Source: Tubiluchus corallicola
Taxonomy: Eukaryota; Animalia; Priapulida
Direction of reading: 5' to 3'
NCBI GenBank assembly: GCA_030141605.1
Contig: JAQGDQ010000172.1
Location: 310,001 to 374,000 of the forward strand
DNA length: 64,000 nt
Of this stretch, positions 1 through 15,000 are shown in pieces. The position numbers and the translations under genes were made by a program. The notes below the pieces were generated by a model. That model had not been told where the DNA came from, ran no database searches, and saw only the letters and a list, made by a program, of their open reading frames with translations. The number at the start of each line of letters is the position of its first letter. The first letter of the stretch is position 1.

Positions 1-65
1 AAATTATAATATCGCAAATACAGTACTTCGTAGCATCTTAATAGATTAAAGAAACTATGCGTCAC

Positions 66-3000
66 CTTTATCACAATCACTAGTCCCATCGCAAAGCTTA
101 GATGTCGGTATGCAACGATAATTTTGGCATTGAAAAAAGTCCTCCTCACAGCACTTGATTTCATCAGATCCATCAGGACAATCCTTGCTGCCATCACATC
201 TCTGTAATTAATGTGAGGTTGAGTTAAAGATGCAAAGATTAGCATTATTTACAAACGATTCACCCACTTGTGGGTCCATAGCAAATCACTGCAGTCTAAT
301 GGACAAGGCTAAACAAGACTAGTATGGTCATAAATGTACACAATTATTTTTCAAGGGTTAAAAACTATCATCAACAAAAAATATCACTAAAGTAAAGAGA
401 GGCAATGATAAAATTTTAATTTTAAGCTGTAATTCAGACTTAAAATTAGACTGTATTCAGCACGAATGACATTTTTCTAAATGCAATATGCAGCAACTTG
501 ATTGAAATCCTTAGCTAAATAAAATAAGATCTATGCTTTAGACTAAAATTACATGTACTTGTTAATTATGATTTGTCCTAAAAATTTTTTTGCATTTTAA
601 TGGTCCATCACCATTTTCTAAGAAAATAGAATAATAATCACAGTTTATTGGCCATTTAAAATGCATTAACATCAAAATGAATAAATGTGTTTTACATACA
701 TAAATCCTAACACAAACGGTGCATACACAATAGATTATAATAGATAAAGCTAAAGTCATAATGCGTGTATATAAAAATCGCTAGAATTCAGCCCAAAAAA
801 CATATTAAATTTTTAATTAATTAAAAAGGCTTCTTTGTAAAAACAAGTTTTAAGAAATGACTTGCTTTTCAACATTAGTTATTTCACGTGCATAAAGTGG
901 TAATTTTTGATGTTGCCATTAGTGTTGTTCTGGATACACTTTTGCCGGATAGCGAATACCGGATATCATCGAATATTTCCTCAAGTTGACTTCCGGATTC
1001 GGATTATGGCTGAATAGGTTAGCTAAATTTGGATCGAATACGCGGATCTGTTCGGATAATGAAAAATTAGTGAATGTTTGCAAACTTTAGCATTTTCATT
1101 TAGTCTATCATCTTAAAGGACCTAGCCCGAAGATACACCGTATTACCATACACTTGTAAACGAAAAAATGTCTGTAAAATTTTCGTTTTGAAAACACAAA
1201 CATGGGCTAAAATGATCTCTAAGTGTTGCTTCATTTATTTATTTTCAACTGTTAAATTATTCAAAAACTATTTTCAATAGTACATTACAAAAACCGGATA
1301 GCGAATATTTGCGATTATCAACTTTTTATAACTGACAAATAATATCGAATACGAATACCTGCAAAATCTTGCGAATATCACCATTTTTGGATACGAATCG
1401 GATATCCGGAGCGACACCTAATGCTATGTAAATATTACGAGATCAATGTGTGGACTACATTGTAACGTGGTGCAATAAGTGTCAATGAACTAATTCATCT
1501 AAAATTAAGCTTGGGCACATACGGCTTCAAAAATCACATATACGAGATGGCACTGCACCATTAAGAGCTTTGAATGAATTAAGCATTAGGAATATGTTGC
1601 ACGTATGGCAATCACCTTGACAACTAGCATCGCATGAAGCAAATTAAAAAGGCAGATATTTATGAAGCTTACCTGATTCTGTGGAATACATTTGCCACTC
1701 TCACACCTCCAGTATTTGTGAGAGCACTGATCAGGACAATCTTCTTCGTCGCTGCCATCATTGCATTCTGTGAGACCATCACACACCCAAGACTAAGAAG
1801 CACATATGCTGAATTAATTACGTGAAAGCACAAAGTCTCTGTTTATGCAGTTAACATACACATATCTCAGTATTTTTAATACTAAATGCTGAAAACAAAG
1901 TTGCTGTGCCGTGGGCACACAAAACATCATCTCATGCAGTACCATTTTATTTCCAACAAAACTGGTATAATGCAAACAGAGACACATGAATTAGATAACT
2001 TTAATACATATAAGACAGATCATTTGATTTTCTTTTGCCTTTTCCTTTTAGGCCTAACATGTCTATGGAATTAGGAGAAGTTATTTGATTGTTATACAGG
2101 CTAAGAAACTCCTACAATTAGATCATGAATATACTAGCTATGTACCTGAGGAATACAGTTTAAATCAGTCTTGCAGGTAAAATCAGATGGTGAACAAGTC
2201 GGTGGCTCACGGCATGATTTAGGATCAATATCATCAAGCACATATTCCAGTGGACAAGAACATCTCATCTCACTTGGTGTGTTCTTCAAATTCCCCTGCA
2301 AAACAAAATGCAGCAATCCGCACGCTTGATAGATTCATTATTTTTATGGCTAATTCATTATTAGTTAAAGAATTATTGCTTGAGTTTACCTTTTAAAGTT
2401 AGCCTGATTATTGTTGCAAAATTTATTCTATCAATTTATTAAAGTTTAGGTAATGGTTTTTACAACAGGAATAATGCGGCACATTCTCCAGCAAGCAAAC
2501 CAATACCAAGTTTAATCAAATACTTTCATTATGATTCTACTCACACGCACAATGTCTACATTCTTGTAGTATTTTAAAAGAATACTTAAAAATAAGCGAG
2601 AGGTTGTGGCAAGAGCAATTCACATGAAGGTTTTGGGAAATTGACATTAGCATTGTCCACAATAAAACACTGAAAGGTTGCATCTATTATACAGCATGCA
2701 GAATGTTCCAGAAAGAATTGTGTTAAATCAAACACAACGTAGCTCTTCCTTTTTTGAGTATTATTAATCCAAACTTGAACTGTTCTATCCGTTATGAACT
2801 AAAATTATAACATGACAGAAACAGAATTTTGGGATTTTCTTAATGAGCTGCGCAGAGATGGGAAAAAAGGAAAGAGGTTCCAATAAAGCAAAAAATATTA
2901 TGTACACAACTAAAATTGAATTAGCTTCCCTACTTCAACTACACAATATGATGCACAACATTTTCCGCGTATAATCTACAGAATCAGCCACTAATTGATC

Positions 3001-6000
3001 AAATTAATTGTTTTGATATTTTAAACACTGAATCTTGAATTTTTGACTACTGAGATCAAGCTTTCTAGTTCTTCATACTCCTTCATGCTATACAACCACA
3101 TATTAGCAGTAACAGCAACCTTAGAAATCCAAGGGCATACTTACCACACATATGTGAGAACAGTTGCCATTATTCTTCGAACATAGATTAGTATTTGTAG
3201 AACTAAGATGATGAGTTGCAACTATGTCAGATAAATGCCCCATTCGGCCCATTACAATACTCCTGTTCTTCCCAGTAAATTTATTAACTCTCTCTGCAAT
3301 AAAAACACCAGCTAACTAAACTGTTTTTTAACAATCTGGACAATTTTATTATACCACAGTTAGTTATCTAAAACTCAGTTTATGAAATGATATTACCTTA
3401 TCTCAAATACTACACACATACTACAGTGAGTAATCTGTTTACAGTGGTAACTGAAACTATAATACAACAGCTTATGCTTTGAAGTTACATCAACAAATGA
3501 AATAAGCTTAAACGATACACATCAAATTTTCAGAAATTAAAACCAACTTAACTATTTAATATATACAGTGAACATTTCTACCTATTCTCTGTTGATCTCG
3601 ATCATTCCAGTATAAGTAATCACCATGCACAGCTAATCCCATTGGCAGCAGTATTTGGCTGTTAACAAGCACTTTTCTTCCATTGCCCCAAATATCAACC
3701 ATCTAAGAAAAGAAGGTAGCATCTTTATAAGACACTGTCCAAATCCATTAAGATCTAAATCCTTGACTCAGACAGGCATTAAATAATATGGAAAACATAT
3801 CATCAAGTGGCTTTAGCTACCTCATTGCTTAAACGTTCAATGATATGAGAAATGTTATCATGAAGTATGATGCACATTGTTGCTTACACATTATATAGGT
3901 TGTAAAACAATGCCATCTGGCCTGGTGTCATTTATGTGGCTTGATGAACTCTGTAGTGTAAACAGAAAATGTTATCAGAGGTTAGATGCATATCATGTAG
4001 CTGATGTATTTCGTTGCTAGGACCTTAAATGGCATAAATGCATTTGTATAAAATATGTTAAATCAGAACAAACCTCAATTTTCCGCATTTCAGAATCCGA
4101 CCAATATAGTACGCTTTCATGTACATCCAATGCAAGACTTTGCGGATGCATGATTTCAGTAGATATTAGAGTTACCCGTGCAGTACCATCATATAAAGCT
4201 CTTTCAATTGTAGGATTAGACACCATGTTAGTCCAAAACATCATACTGAAAAGCGATATGGTGAATATCAGTTAGATTTTTCTAATATCTAGGAAAATTG
4301 GTCATTTCAATTTGTAGGCAAACATCTAAACAGCGCTGTAATAAACATACATAGAATAGGAAAAAATAAGTAACCCCCTAGTATGTTTGTGACAGTTAAC
4401 CAGTAAAAGATGTCAGTACTAATACATAGTAATATCATTTGATATATTTCTTAATAATAATAAGACACAACTAAGAAACCAACGATGAAATGGTCTGACA
4501 AGGCCAGAAACACACAAAAACATATGTTACTACAGCCAATTTACATACCTGTTCTGTGAATGTAAAACTATGGCTCGTGGCTGCTCGTTTTCGCCACTTA
4601 CTACCACTCCCACATTTGTGCCGTCTAGCCGTGTTATGTTAATTATATTCTTTATGGAACAAGTCCAGAACAGCTGTCTTGTGTAGGGATCGATAGCAAA
4701 GTCATGAGGGTGAAACTGACTATCGGGATTGTTTATAATACTCGACACCTACAAATTAAACAAGGGATGTAACAATAACTAAAACAAACACGTTAAATTC
4801 TGTGCTACGGAATATGTTGTAGAAAAGCATACAAAAAACAAAAATAACAAAAATGAGATGCATGCAGCTTTATTGTGATGTAACATCTTGCTCATTCAAC
4901 TATTTAATTAATTACAGTCCACATTTATACATTTCGATCTACATGTCAACATTTCAAAGAACTGTGTTGGATTTTCTAGGAAAAGTATATTGTTGTGTCT
5001 GACAGGGATTTAATACGTCCAGCAGTTGACTCAAAAAGCTATCTGTTTAGTAAAGCAATGACACAAAACCATTCCAATCAATTAAATCACATTAAAAACA
5101 TTCTATTTTAATATAGGAAAAACTTTGTCAACATACATTAGCTCCTGTATCATAGGCATAACGGATCTGTCTGTCATTTGGTCGACCATCGATGAAGAAG
5201 ACACGCTTGCTTACTGGGTCATAGTCAGTAGCTTGAACGTTGCGCAAGCCACGTATAGGTAAAACCATTTCTGGAGCATTGTGAGTATCCATTGCTATGC
5301 GCTTAATCTCTTGTCGTTGCGCAAATAGCAGGAATGACTCTGGTGCTAAACAGCAAAAAAATCCATCAGGTAGAACTTATCACACACCTGTTACTTATGA
5401 AGTAATAAGCAGAAACACAAGAACAATAGTTGATAAATTACAGTAGGCACCATTTATTAAAATCATGGTTAAAGGTATCAATAACCAAATTAATTCAAAA
5501 ACATCTTTTACAGGCTGCAGCCACTCAATGTACATAAAAACCAAATAACTCTGCATAACTGATTAAATATCTTTGTTTCATGTGCTTAAGTGTGCGACCA
5601 AAGAGCTTTTACCATCCTTATGTTATCTTAACATCACTTTTGTGCAGAGACAAGCAAGATTCTTACATCACAAATGTGCTCCCTAAGACAAGACCAACAA
5701 CAAGTTTGAAACCCAAATCAAAATTGTACCCTGTTCGGGTCACTTTATTAATCCGATGATAAAGTCATCACAATGGGAACCGGGAATTCAGATAAAACAG
5801 AAGGTGACAACTAGGAAGCCACTTCAAGAGAAAACTTGGGCATGACCAACTCCAGCTCAAGTGGATTATGCGCTGGGTGTTTTGCATAAATATGTACAAC
5901 ACAGTAATTTTTTTCAATGCTTTTTTCAGCATTATAAGCTAACTTCTTGGTTAAAAGTGAAGCAACCGTCCTTGTATAAATTTTTACAATTTTTAGCATA

Positions 6001-9000
6001 AATAAACAGACTTGCGAGACTTAGAAAAGCAATCATTTTTACTTTCCTTTTTTATTAATTTACTTATATACATATAAATAAGAATTCTTAAAAATATACA
6101 ATGAACTTAAGCAGTAATTCATTTCTAAAATTCATTTAAAGCCTTAGGAGTGCATACTTTCATGCCAATAACTTCTATACTACACCCATTGGCTATTTAG
6201 ATCAGCCGCTTAATTGAATCAAAACAAAACCATTCCAAAGTGACTCTGTTAAGCAGCACCTACTGTATATTAAAAAATTTAACAAGGTATCATTCGTATA
6301 AAAAATGTGTTAGAATTACGAACTTACGCTTGCATGTTTTTCCATCAGAACCAAGAGTATAATGCGTTGGACAACTGCATTTGAAACCTACTGGACCAGT
6401 ATGGCTATGGTTAGCTAGACACAAATGAGAGCAACCTCCATTTTCAATTGCACATTGATTCCAACCTAAAAGCAGCACGTCAAATATAGTTATGTTAAAA
6501 TAACAACTATTACTACAAATTTCACAAAAAGCCACAAAAACAAGAAATAAGCAATAAAAGGAAGTACCTACTGTTTACCCCATTTATCTCACCAGATTGA
6601 TGTGGTATTCTAATCCTGAAATTTTTCAGAATACCTGTCACAACGTGATAAATTACTGAAATAGAAAGGCCCCCCAGAGTCAGAAACAATTAGCAGCATT
6701 TCTTACTAAGATTCTGCAATGACCATTTTAACAATAATTGCAAATGCTTAATCATTGTAAACAAAACATACCTATTTGTCGTGATGAATGAAACACGAGA
6801 ATGTCAACCACATATTCCAGGTCACCCTGAATCTGAGTTCTATTTGTTCCAGTAGTTTTGTCGGCCCGCTCTATACCTTTAGTGTTCCAGTCTATCCAGT
6901 ACACATCATTCTCATATAATGTCAAACTGTATGGATGGTGAATGCTTGCTAGTTGTAACCGCTGACGGTTCATACCTAATGGGATAAAATTTTATAACGT
7001 GTATTGACCACATAGTTTTATACTTGAAAACTCAAACTCCTGTGCAGACAATTTCATACTTCTATTAAGCAATAATATCATTATCCAATTATAATTATAT
7101 CATTGACAATTAACATCATTATATCAGTAATATCCTAATTAGGGATACTAAACAATACAAATTTGGTGATACGATAACAATACAATACGATACTTTTTCC
7201 AACGATGCCTAAACTGTGACAGATAAACATATTACTGAGATAAAAATATTTATCTATGTGAGCTGCTCATGATGGGGAAAGTGACACATCAAAGTGTATA
7301 AGGGTCTCTATACATTGTCTGTATGATTCAGAATGAAGATAGCCATTATTGCAAGGCGAAAGTACACAAAATGATTCCATGTCTGACAAGCTTATAATTT
7401 TAATAAAATCTCTTTATCCATTTCTTTGCATATTTACAGTAAAGAAATAGAAAAGAGAAGCGATAAGCAACCATACCTGCCAAATTCGATCTGATAATGA
7501 TATTCCTATAATAATACTGATATTCATTGTTATCCTTAATATCCTAATCCATATTCATTATTGAGAACACAGTTAGTATCATTACTGTACTGAATAACAG
7601 ATTTCATTTACTGTGACCAAAGCATTAGATTTTGCATGCTAATAGCCATTTTTTGTACTGCTGGGTGAATTTAAAAAGAAGAAAGCTGTGCTAACTGCCA
7701 AAAAATGTCAAGAAAATATAAAAACCCATCAAAATGACTGTTTAAATATGTGACCATTACATTTAATTCGAAGTCCCATCAAACTAAGAATGGACGGTGT
7801 GTATTATGCACAATCACAAATAAGTAGAAGACATTATTACTTTTATTTAATTGGCATGAAGAAGTACTTTAATTTACATAGCGCATTGCTTTAGACATAA
7901 CAACTTTTCAAGACAGAGACAAGTCAGTTCAAATTGTCCTTATTTTCCTAAATTATCCTTTTAAAAATACAGTAGGCACAGCTTAATACACTCACTTAAT
8001 ACACCCAATTAACCGACCGAACCTATTAACCGATGGGTATAGTATTAGTATGAGTCACCAGCTTACTATGCACTGCAAAGGCTTTAAATGAACTTTAGAA
8101 ACAAAATAATGCCTAAATTGAAATGGTGAATTATACGAGTGAATTAGCAATAAATTAAATACTATACTTTTCTAAATCACACAAGTCCGTTCCTTTAAAG
8201 TTTGCTGCTTCATGTCATCGCAAAGAAGTTGGCTCACAAAGTTCTCATAATGATAAAAACATTGAAAATATGTTTTTGTATGATGCACTAGTTCCCGTAA
8301 AATACTTAGTGCTTGGCGTGCTTAAACTGTTGGTGGTGCCCGTGTTTCCCAGCAAGTAGCTTCGTCTATAGTTTTGCCTAAGCTCCTGCTTGCTATTGTG
8401 ACGTACTTGCTATACTGTACCCGTGTCCCTGACATAACAGCAATATCTAACTGATTAAACTTTCTGGCAAAGACAACCAGAGCTTCAAAAGCAAACTGCT
8501 AAGCAAGTGATTAAATGTTTAGCTTCCAGGAATTCTTGGGTAACGACGTTAATTGCAGTGGATGGGCGGGTCTCAAAGCAAACCATTAGACTAGCATATT
8601 AACGTATTACAAACGTTCCTGCTTACAAACAAAATGGTACTTAACATGATTGTTTCCATAGTATATTAGAGGACAAAAGAGAACTAAGATGATATAAAAG
8701 TCATAAAAGCTTATTAGTCACACGACAGTGTCTTATTGAAGCATGTGAAACAAAAATATTGAGTAAATTATGCAGAGTTATTTGAGCCAATTACCGACAG
8801 TTTTTATGTACATTAGAATAGAAGCGGTTAGTACCAGGCGTTTTTGAGTCAATTAAGTGATTGAGGCTATTAACCAGTGCCTACTGTACCTTAAATATTC
8901 TCTTTTGCTCACCTTCCAAGTCTGTAAATTCTATTGTATGTGCATCCAAGTTTGCCCAGTACAAGCGACTTTCCATAAAGTCTATTGCCAATCCATTTGC

Positions 9001-12000
9001 TCTACCAGGATTGCTAATTAAGGCCATCTGACCACTTCCATCCATCGATGCTCGTTCTATCTTAGGCTTGCCACCCCAGTTTGAAAAATATATATATCTG
9101 CAAAGTAATCAAATATTTTACTAGCAACTTACAAGCAGAGATTTATTACAATTTTTTTTGTTATCAGTGAAAGTGAAGTTGAACCTTTACCCAATAATTC
9201 AGATTAACCATACCTCTTGGAAAACATGTTTACTATATATGCACTATAAATTAATGCTTCCAAAAATTTCTTAGAACACATACCCAGCTCCAGGATTTAG
9301 TGTAATAGATCTTGGATTGTCCAAATCATTCCATATTAAAACACGCCGTGACGTGCCATCCAGTCGAGCCACTTCAATTCTATTTGCAACAGTATCAACC
9401 CAATAAATGTTACGAGCAACCCAATCTATTGCCATGCCTTCAGGATATTCCAATCCAAATTCAATTATGTGTTCAACAGATGAGCCGTTCATAAAAGAGC
9501 GACTGATTTTCTACAAAAACAAATCTGTTTTGTATCACAAAACTTCAATAGTTCTCATCACAAAATTGTAAGTTCAGTAGCCCAAGACTCGATTACTAAT
9601 TTACTATAAAGAAAACTTATAGTCAACCTAGTAAGTTAGGTTACACAATCATAATAGCTTGGTTACACTCACCTTGAGCTGGACATCTGACCAATAGATG
9701 CGATTATCGTTAATGTCGAAGTCAAGTGCAAAAGCATCCCCTATTCCAGATATTGGAATAACTACATTGTTATTGTTTGCATCTAAAGATATCCGTCGAA
9801 TGTTTTCGTGACCCGTAAACAGTAAAAATGCCTCAGGAATAATACAAGTACTTTGATCGGAAATTAATTCATATCCCATAGGGCAAGCGCATACATAGCC
9901 ATTTGGACGATGCAAACACAGATGCGAGCAGCCACCATTGTTATCGGCACATGGATTCCACCCTGATAACATAAACAGTTTCTATAATAGTATGACATCT
10001 ATCAACTATTTTTAAAATTGGTTTATTAACTTATTTATTAGTTGAGGGATTTATTCTATTCTATCAAAAGCAGATAATCACAAAATTAAGATTAAATATT
10101 TTAATTTATAACTACATTAAAAAGTGTTATTATATCATTATATAAAATTCAATAATGAAAATAATCTGACCATTCTCAATCACAGAAAAGTTATAATTTT
10201 TACAAGAAGATGACAAACAATTTTAGAATTCATGCTCATTGTGTCTAAAAGTTCTATACTATCACTATTTCTTGCTAAAAACTACAAAGTATTCACTTTT
10301 TTCAATCACACAGCCACATTGACATTTGTATAAATTTGATAATGAGGACTCTCTGTTACACTTTCTAAGCTTGCCTATCAAATTTTCTCTATTGTATTCC
10401 AGTTGTCTTGCTCATAATTATAACAGTAAGCAAACGGGAATAACTTTATACCACGATAATGTAAATGTGTTACGTACCATAAAGTGATACTTTTCTAAAC
10501 ATAAAAAAAATGAACTGGTCTTTCTACATCAAACAGCTTACCAGAAACATCATCTATGTTGACAGCTTTAAGTCCCATTAAATCCGGCAACTGATCAATG
10601 ATTATCTCTCTATTACCACCATCTGCTTTATACACTCGTTCTATTGAACGCCGCTGCCAGTCAGTCCAATAGATGTAGTCTCCTAGAACATTAAAATATA
10701 ACTCTTTGTAAAATTATCCATACATAGTATTTATGGTCATTCAAAGAGAACACAAGCACGAGTGGTTGGTAAGACATGATTTTTGATCCACAAAACGCAT
10801 TTTTATATAAAATGACTGGTACCATTATTGAAAATAGGCAAGATAAAATATAGTAAGTCCTCGCTTAACGACATTTTGTTTTAATGACCCTGAGCATTTA
10901 CCTTCCCTCGTTCATTTTAAGTCATTTTTTATTTGATCAACAGATTTTTAAACACATTTCAAGCATTAAGTGTACATACTACGTTATTCTATTCTAAACG
11001 CGCACTAGTAATATAAAACAGTGCAATTATTATATGTTTTTGCTTCCTGACTAACTACTAAACGCTAGCCCTTTGAGTGAGATCTATTTGCTATTTAGAC
11101 GCCTCCAGGCATCTGAGTGCAAGCTTTATGTGAAAGAATTTTGCCTACAACCTGTTCCTATAGCAACCAGCCTAGATGAAATTGTCTCAAGGTCGCCCCT
11201 TAAGTACATAACCTTAAATGCGTAGGGCTTAAAATTTGCAAAAAAAGAAACAGCTAGCTGGACATTGGTAAGAAAGATCAGTGGTTTCAAGCAAGTAGAA
11301 AGAAATTATCACCAGAAATATGAAAAAAACTAATAAAACATTTAAATTATATGTTTAAATCAGCAGTGATGTTTGCCTCTGGAATGTATCTCAACTCTTT
11401 TACATTGCTTTCTGTGGAAGTCTTGGCTTCATTTAACAACATTTCGCTTAACGTCGGATTTGCTGGAACGCATTAGCATCGTTAAGCGAGGATTTACTGT
11501 ATATACAGTCAATAACTGAAATACTTCTAAACAAGTTTCCAAGCAACTAATAACAACAGACCACAGTACTTTCAGATACCATGTTATTTCTATCATACTG
11601 TAACGCAATGTCAGTGCAGTGCAATTTTAAAAATAAATTAACAAATCATACGAGGTCTTATAAAACACTGTGAAAAACAAAATAATGTTTGAAAAAAAAT
11701 GCAGTCTGATTTTGAAAGTGATATATTTTTTACTTTTCTAAACAATAATATTATGTATAATAATATAATCACAGAAAATTTCTAGCTGTGTATTTTCAAC
11801 AAATTGAAGGAAAATGTATGTTCACTCTACTAATCCTCAACCACAAATAGGCCAATTGTTTTGTACAAATTATATAAACTACTAGTTTTACTTGTAGAGA
11901 TATTCTGTTAACATAACCTAAAATTGCAATATTATTAAATATCCAAGTCACACTGTAATACAAACCCAGCAGAGTGAAGCCAAAGATATGTGGAAGGTTA

Positions 12001-15000
12001 TCTTTAACTAGTGTTTGTCTATGTGTGCCATCAGTAAATGCCATTTCAATCTTATCAACATTTGCATCACCCCAATACAATCTTTTTGATTTTATGTCAA
12101 TAGCTAAACCATTGGGCCAACCTATAAAAAATGTTATTTATCAGACAAAGGTAAAACAAATGTGTAAACTAATTTTCATACTATGGAGTATGAAGAAAAG
12201 TAACTCTTTAGTCAGTAATTTAAAATGTTACCAGTTACTAAATTAAAACATCTTGATGCAAAAATATGTAAAATGACACAAAAAAATAAATGGCAAGAGT
12301 TGATAAATCAATCATAATTAAAGTCGCATTAGTTAAATGATTGTAATAAAAGGAACAGTGTTGATATCATCATATTCGCATGAACTAAATTACATATATT
12401 TAGCTAGATATATTACCTAGCGATGTATTGATTATTATTCTTCTATCAGTGCCAGCCAAAGTTGCACATTCTATTTTGGGGTGTTGCCCCCAATCTGTCC
12501 AGTACATCATTCTGTAAGTAAGTATATTTATCACCATATTACAATGTATACAGAACAATAGTCAATTTTATTAGTTAATAAATACAAAATAAATACAAAT
12601 TAATAATTTACAAAAATTAATACAAACCAAGTTTTTAATAAAACCTGGGAAATAAAAAATACATAGCTGACTGTCAGAAAGAACATGACTGACACACTAC
12701 TTACACTATTATTCAGCACAAAAACCGACAAAGCTCTGTGCAATATACCCCATGGTTATGACAACACCCAAAAGCTACAACTCTCACAACACTAATAGAG
12801 GATTTTCAAATAGACTAAACTAAAAGAACAAAAACTTTCAAACAAGTACGAGAACAACATAATTCTAAACCGGGCTGGTATCAGAGTGGAATATTTGAAT
12901 AAGAAATGGTTTAATAAGAATAAGAATTTAAGAAGTGTTTCAAGACACAACAAATTTTATGAACAAAGAGTTTAGTTGCATCCCATTTTAAGGTAAAACT
13001 CAAGTTATGTAATTTATGTAACAACCAGCAACTGTTATCATATTTTAATCTGACAACACAACAATTTTGCACAGTACAGACTAGAAAGTAAATTTTATAA
13101 TTTTTAGTGACTTTTAGTACCTAAAAATTTATCAATCAGCAGAAGAACTACCCTCGACTTAATATGCACCTTCAACAGACTGTTACATAATGATAAGACT
13201 GTTGCAAATTTTCTTTGATGTTTAAATTAAATTTTTCAAATGACAAAAGTTTGTTGTTTTTTGCACAACTGCAGACTTTGGTCAGCTTTATCTGATCTCA
13301 CAGTTTTCAGACGTGCTTTTGAGAACAGCTGTGCAGCCAGTTTATTAAAATGCAGTACAAGAAATTACTCAGTGTAACCACTTCTTAAAATATACAGCAA
13401 TGCCCTTTAATTAATTTGCACAGTTGCAAAAGAAAACACACGGGAAATTAATTTTGCTGAAAACGACAAAATAAAAGTATAGGATAAATTTTGTATAAGG
13501 AAGTGTTATTAAAGTTTATTACTTTACAATACTAATGATGTTAACACAAACCTGCATAAATTTCAAGCACTAGTTTCCTTACTTTCATAATGTACAGGCA
13601 CAATTTTACTGAAACTGTGGTAGAAGTGATATAACTACTTCCAGTATCCAAACCACATCAACATTCTGTTCAGCAAAAACTCCAAACATCAACATACCCT
13701 TCAGAAGGGTCAACAACAATTGCTCTTGGCTCGGAGAGGTCATCAGCAATTAGAACACGGCGAGAAGTCCCATTCAGACGAGCCACTTCAATGCGGTCAG
13801 TCCCTGTATCCGTCCAGTAAAGATTTCGACCCACCCAGTCTACTGCCAGCCCGTCAGGATGATTAACTTCAGTGTGGACTAACTGAGTTTGATCTACAAA
13901 GTATAAAATTGTGTAGTACATACAGAAATAATGGTTTCCTTGTTGAATATATCTCAACAGGAATGGACTGGGGTGCTTGTAAAGTGGGTGGAGTGGGGTT
14001 AAAACGTTAAGGGGGAGAGGAATTCAGGGTTTTTTCCTACCTAGGTAAAAAGGAATAACTGAAAAATTACAGGCTAGATTTAACTCTTCTCCCAAACTGA
14101 CAGGAGTATGGCATGTTACCTCATACATAATATTCACACATTCATACATTTTTCATATTCACATATTGTAGAACAATGTATGGACATGAAGTGTTTTGTA
14201 AAAACAGAGCAGGAGTCCTAAAAAGTGTCCGATTTAAAACATTTTGAGCATAAAAAATATACTAGCATGCTTTAGATGCCCAAAAGTAAAACACCATGAT
14301 TTAAACGACAGTAAACTGCTACTAAGTCTTAAATAAATATGCCAAGTTGCTGCTAACAACTGTAACTGCCAACTTAGATAACAGGCTTAAATACGTGTCC
14401 AGGCCCGTATGTTTCAGCTCATTAACTACAGGGATAATTAATATGGATTAATATGACAACTTAACAATAATGACACATTCTCTAGATATTCAATATAAAA
14501 ATGTACCTGATCCATCAAGTCGTGCACGCTGAATCATGCGAACCTCGTCATCCGTCCAGTAGACATATCCGTCAACAGGATCATAATCTATAGCTATGGC
14601 ATGCTTTACATCGGTCAGCTGTAGGACAACATCAGTATAATCAGGCGTATCAAGTGAGATACGCCGTAGATCTCTTCGACGAGCTAGCAATAAAATTTCT
14701 TTTGCACCTAAATAAATAATTGTGATAAATTAGTATCTAATCTTGATTATTAGTACTGAAAGCAGAGACAGCGACAATAGCACTTTATTTACCAATACAG
14801 AACACTACTGTTTGCAAAAAAAAATTATTACTATTTGCATCCATGTACATGAATACAACAATCACGTATTTTTCCATCTAATGTCTACAGAAAGTAAAAC
14901 GTTAGAACAAACGAATTGATCTTCCTAGTTAGTTGAAGAGCACAAATGAATGCCCTCATGTGCCTTAAGCTGCTGAGGCCGCCCCTGAAAATGCTTTTCT

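Noticed and set aside
55-66. Second GC donor (GAC|gcatag) at the last visible LRP5/6 exon
   Set aside because: A canonical AG|gtgacg donor is available 5 nt earlier, and the next exon is outside the window, so it cannot be tested.
12640-12960. Possible decayed LINE 3' fragment (similar weak signal at ~57000-57560)
   Set aside because: Only compositional resemblance and broken frames; no motif strong enough to support a call.
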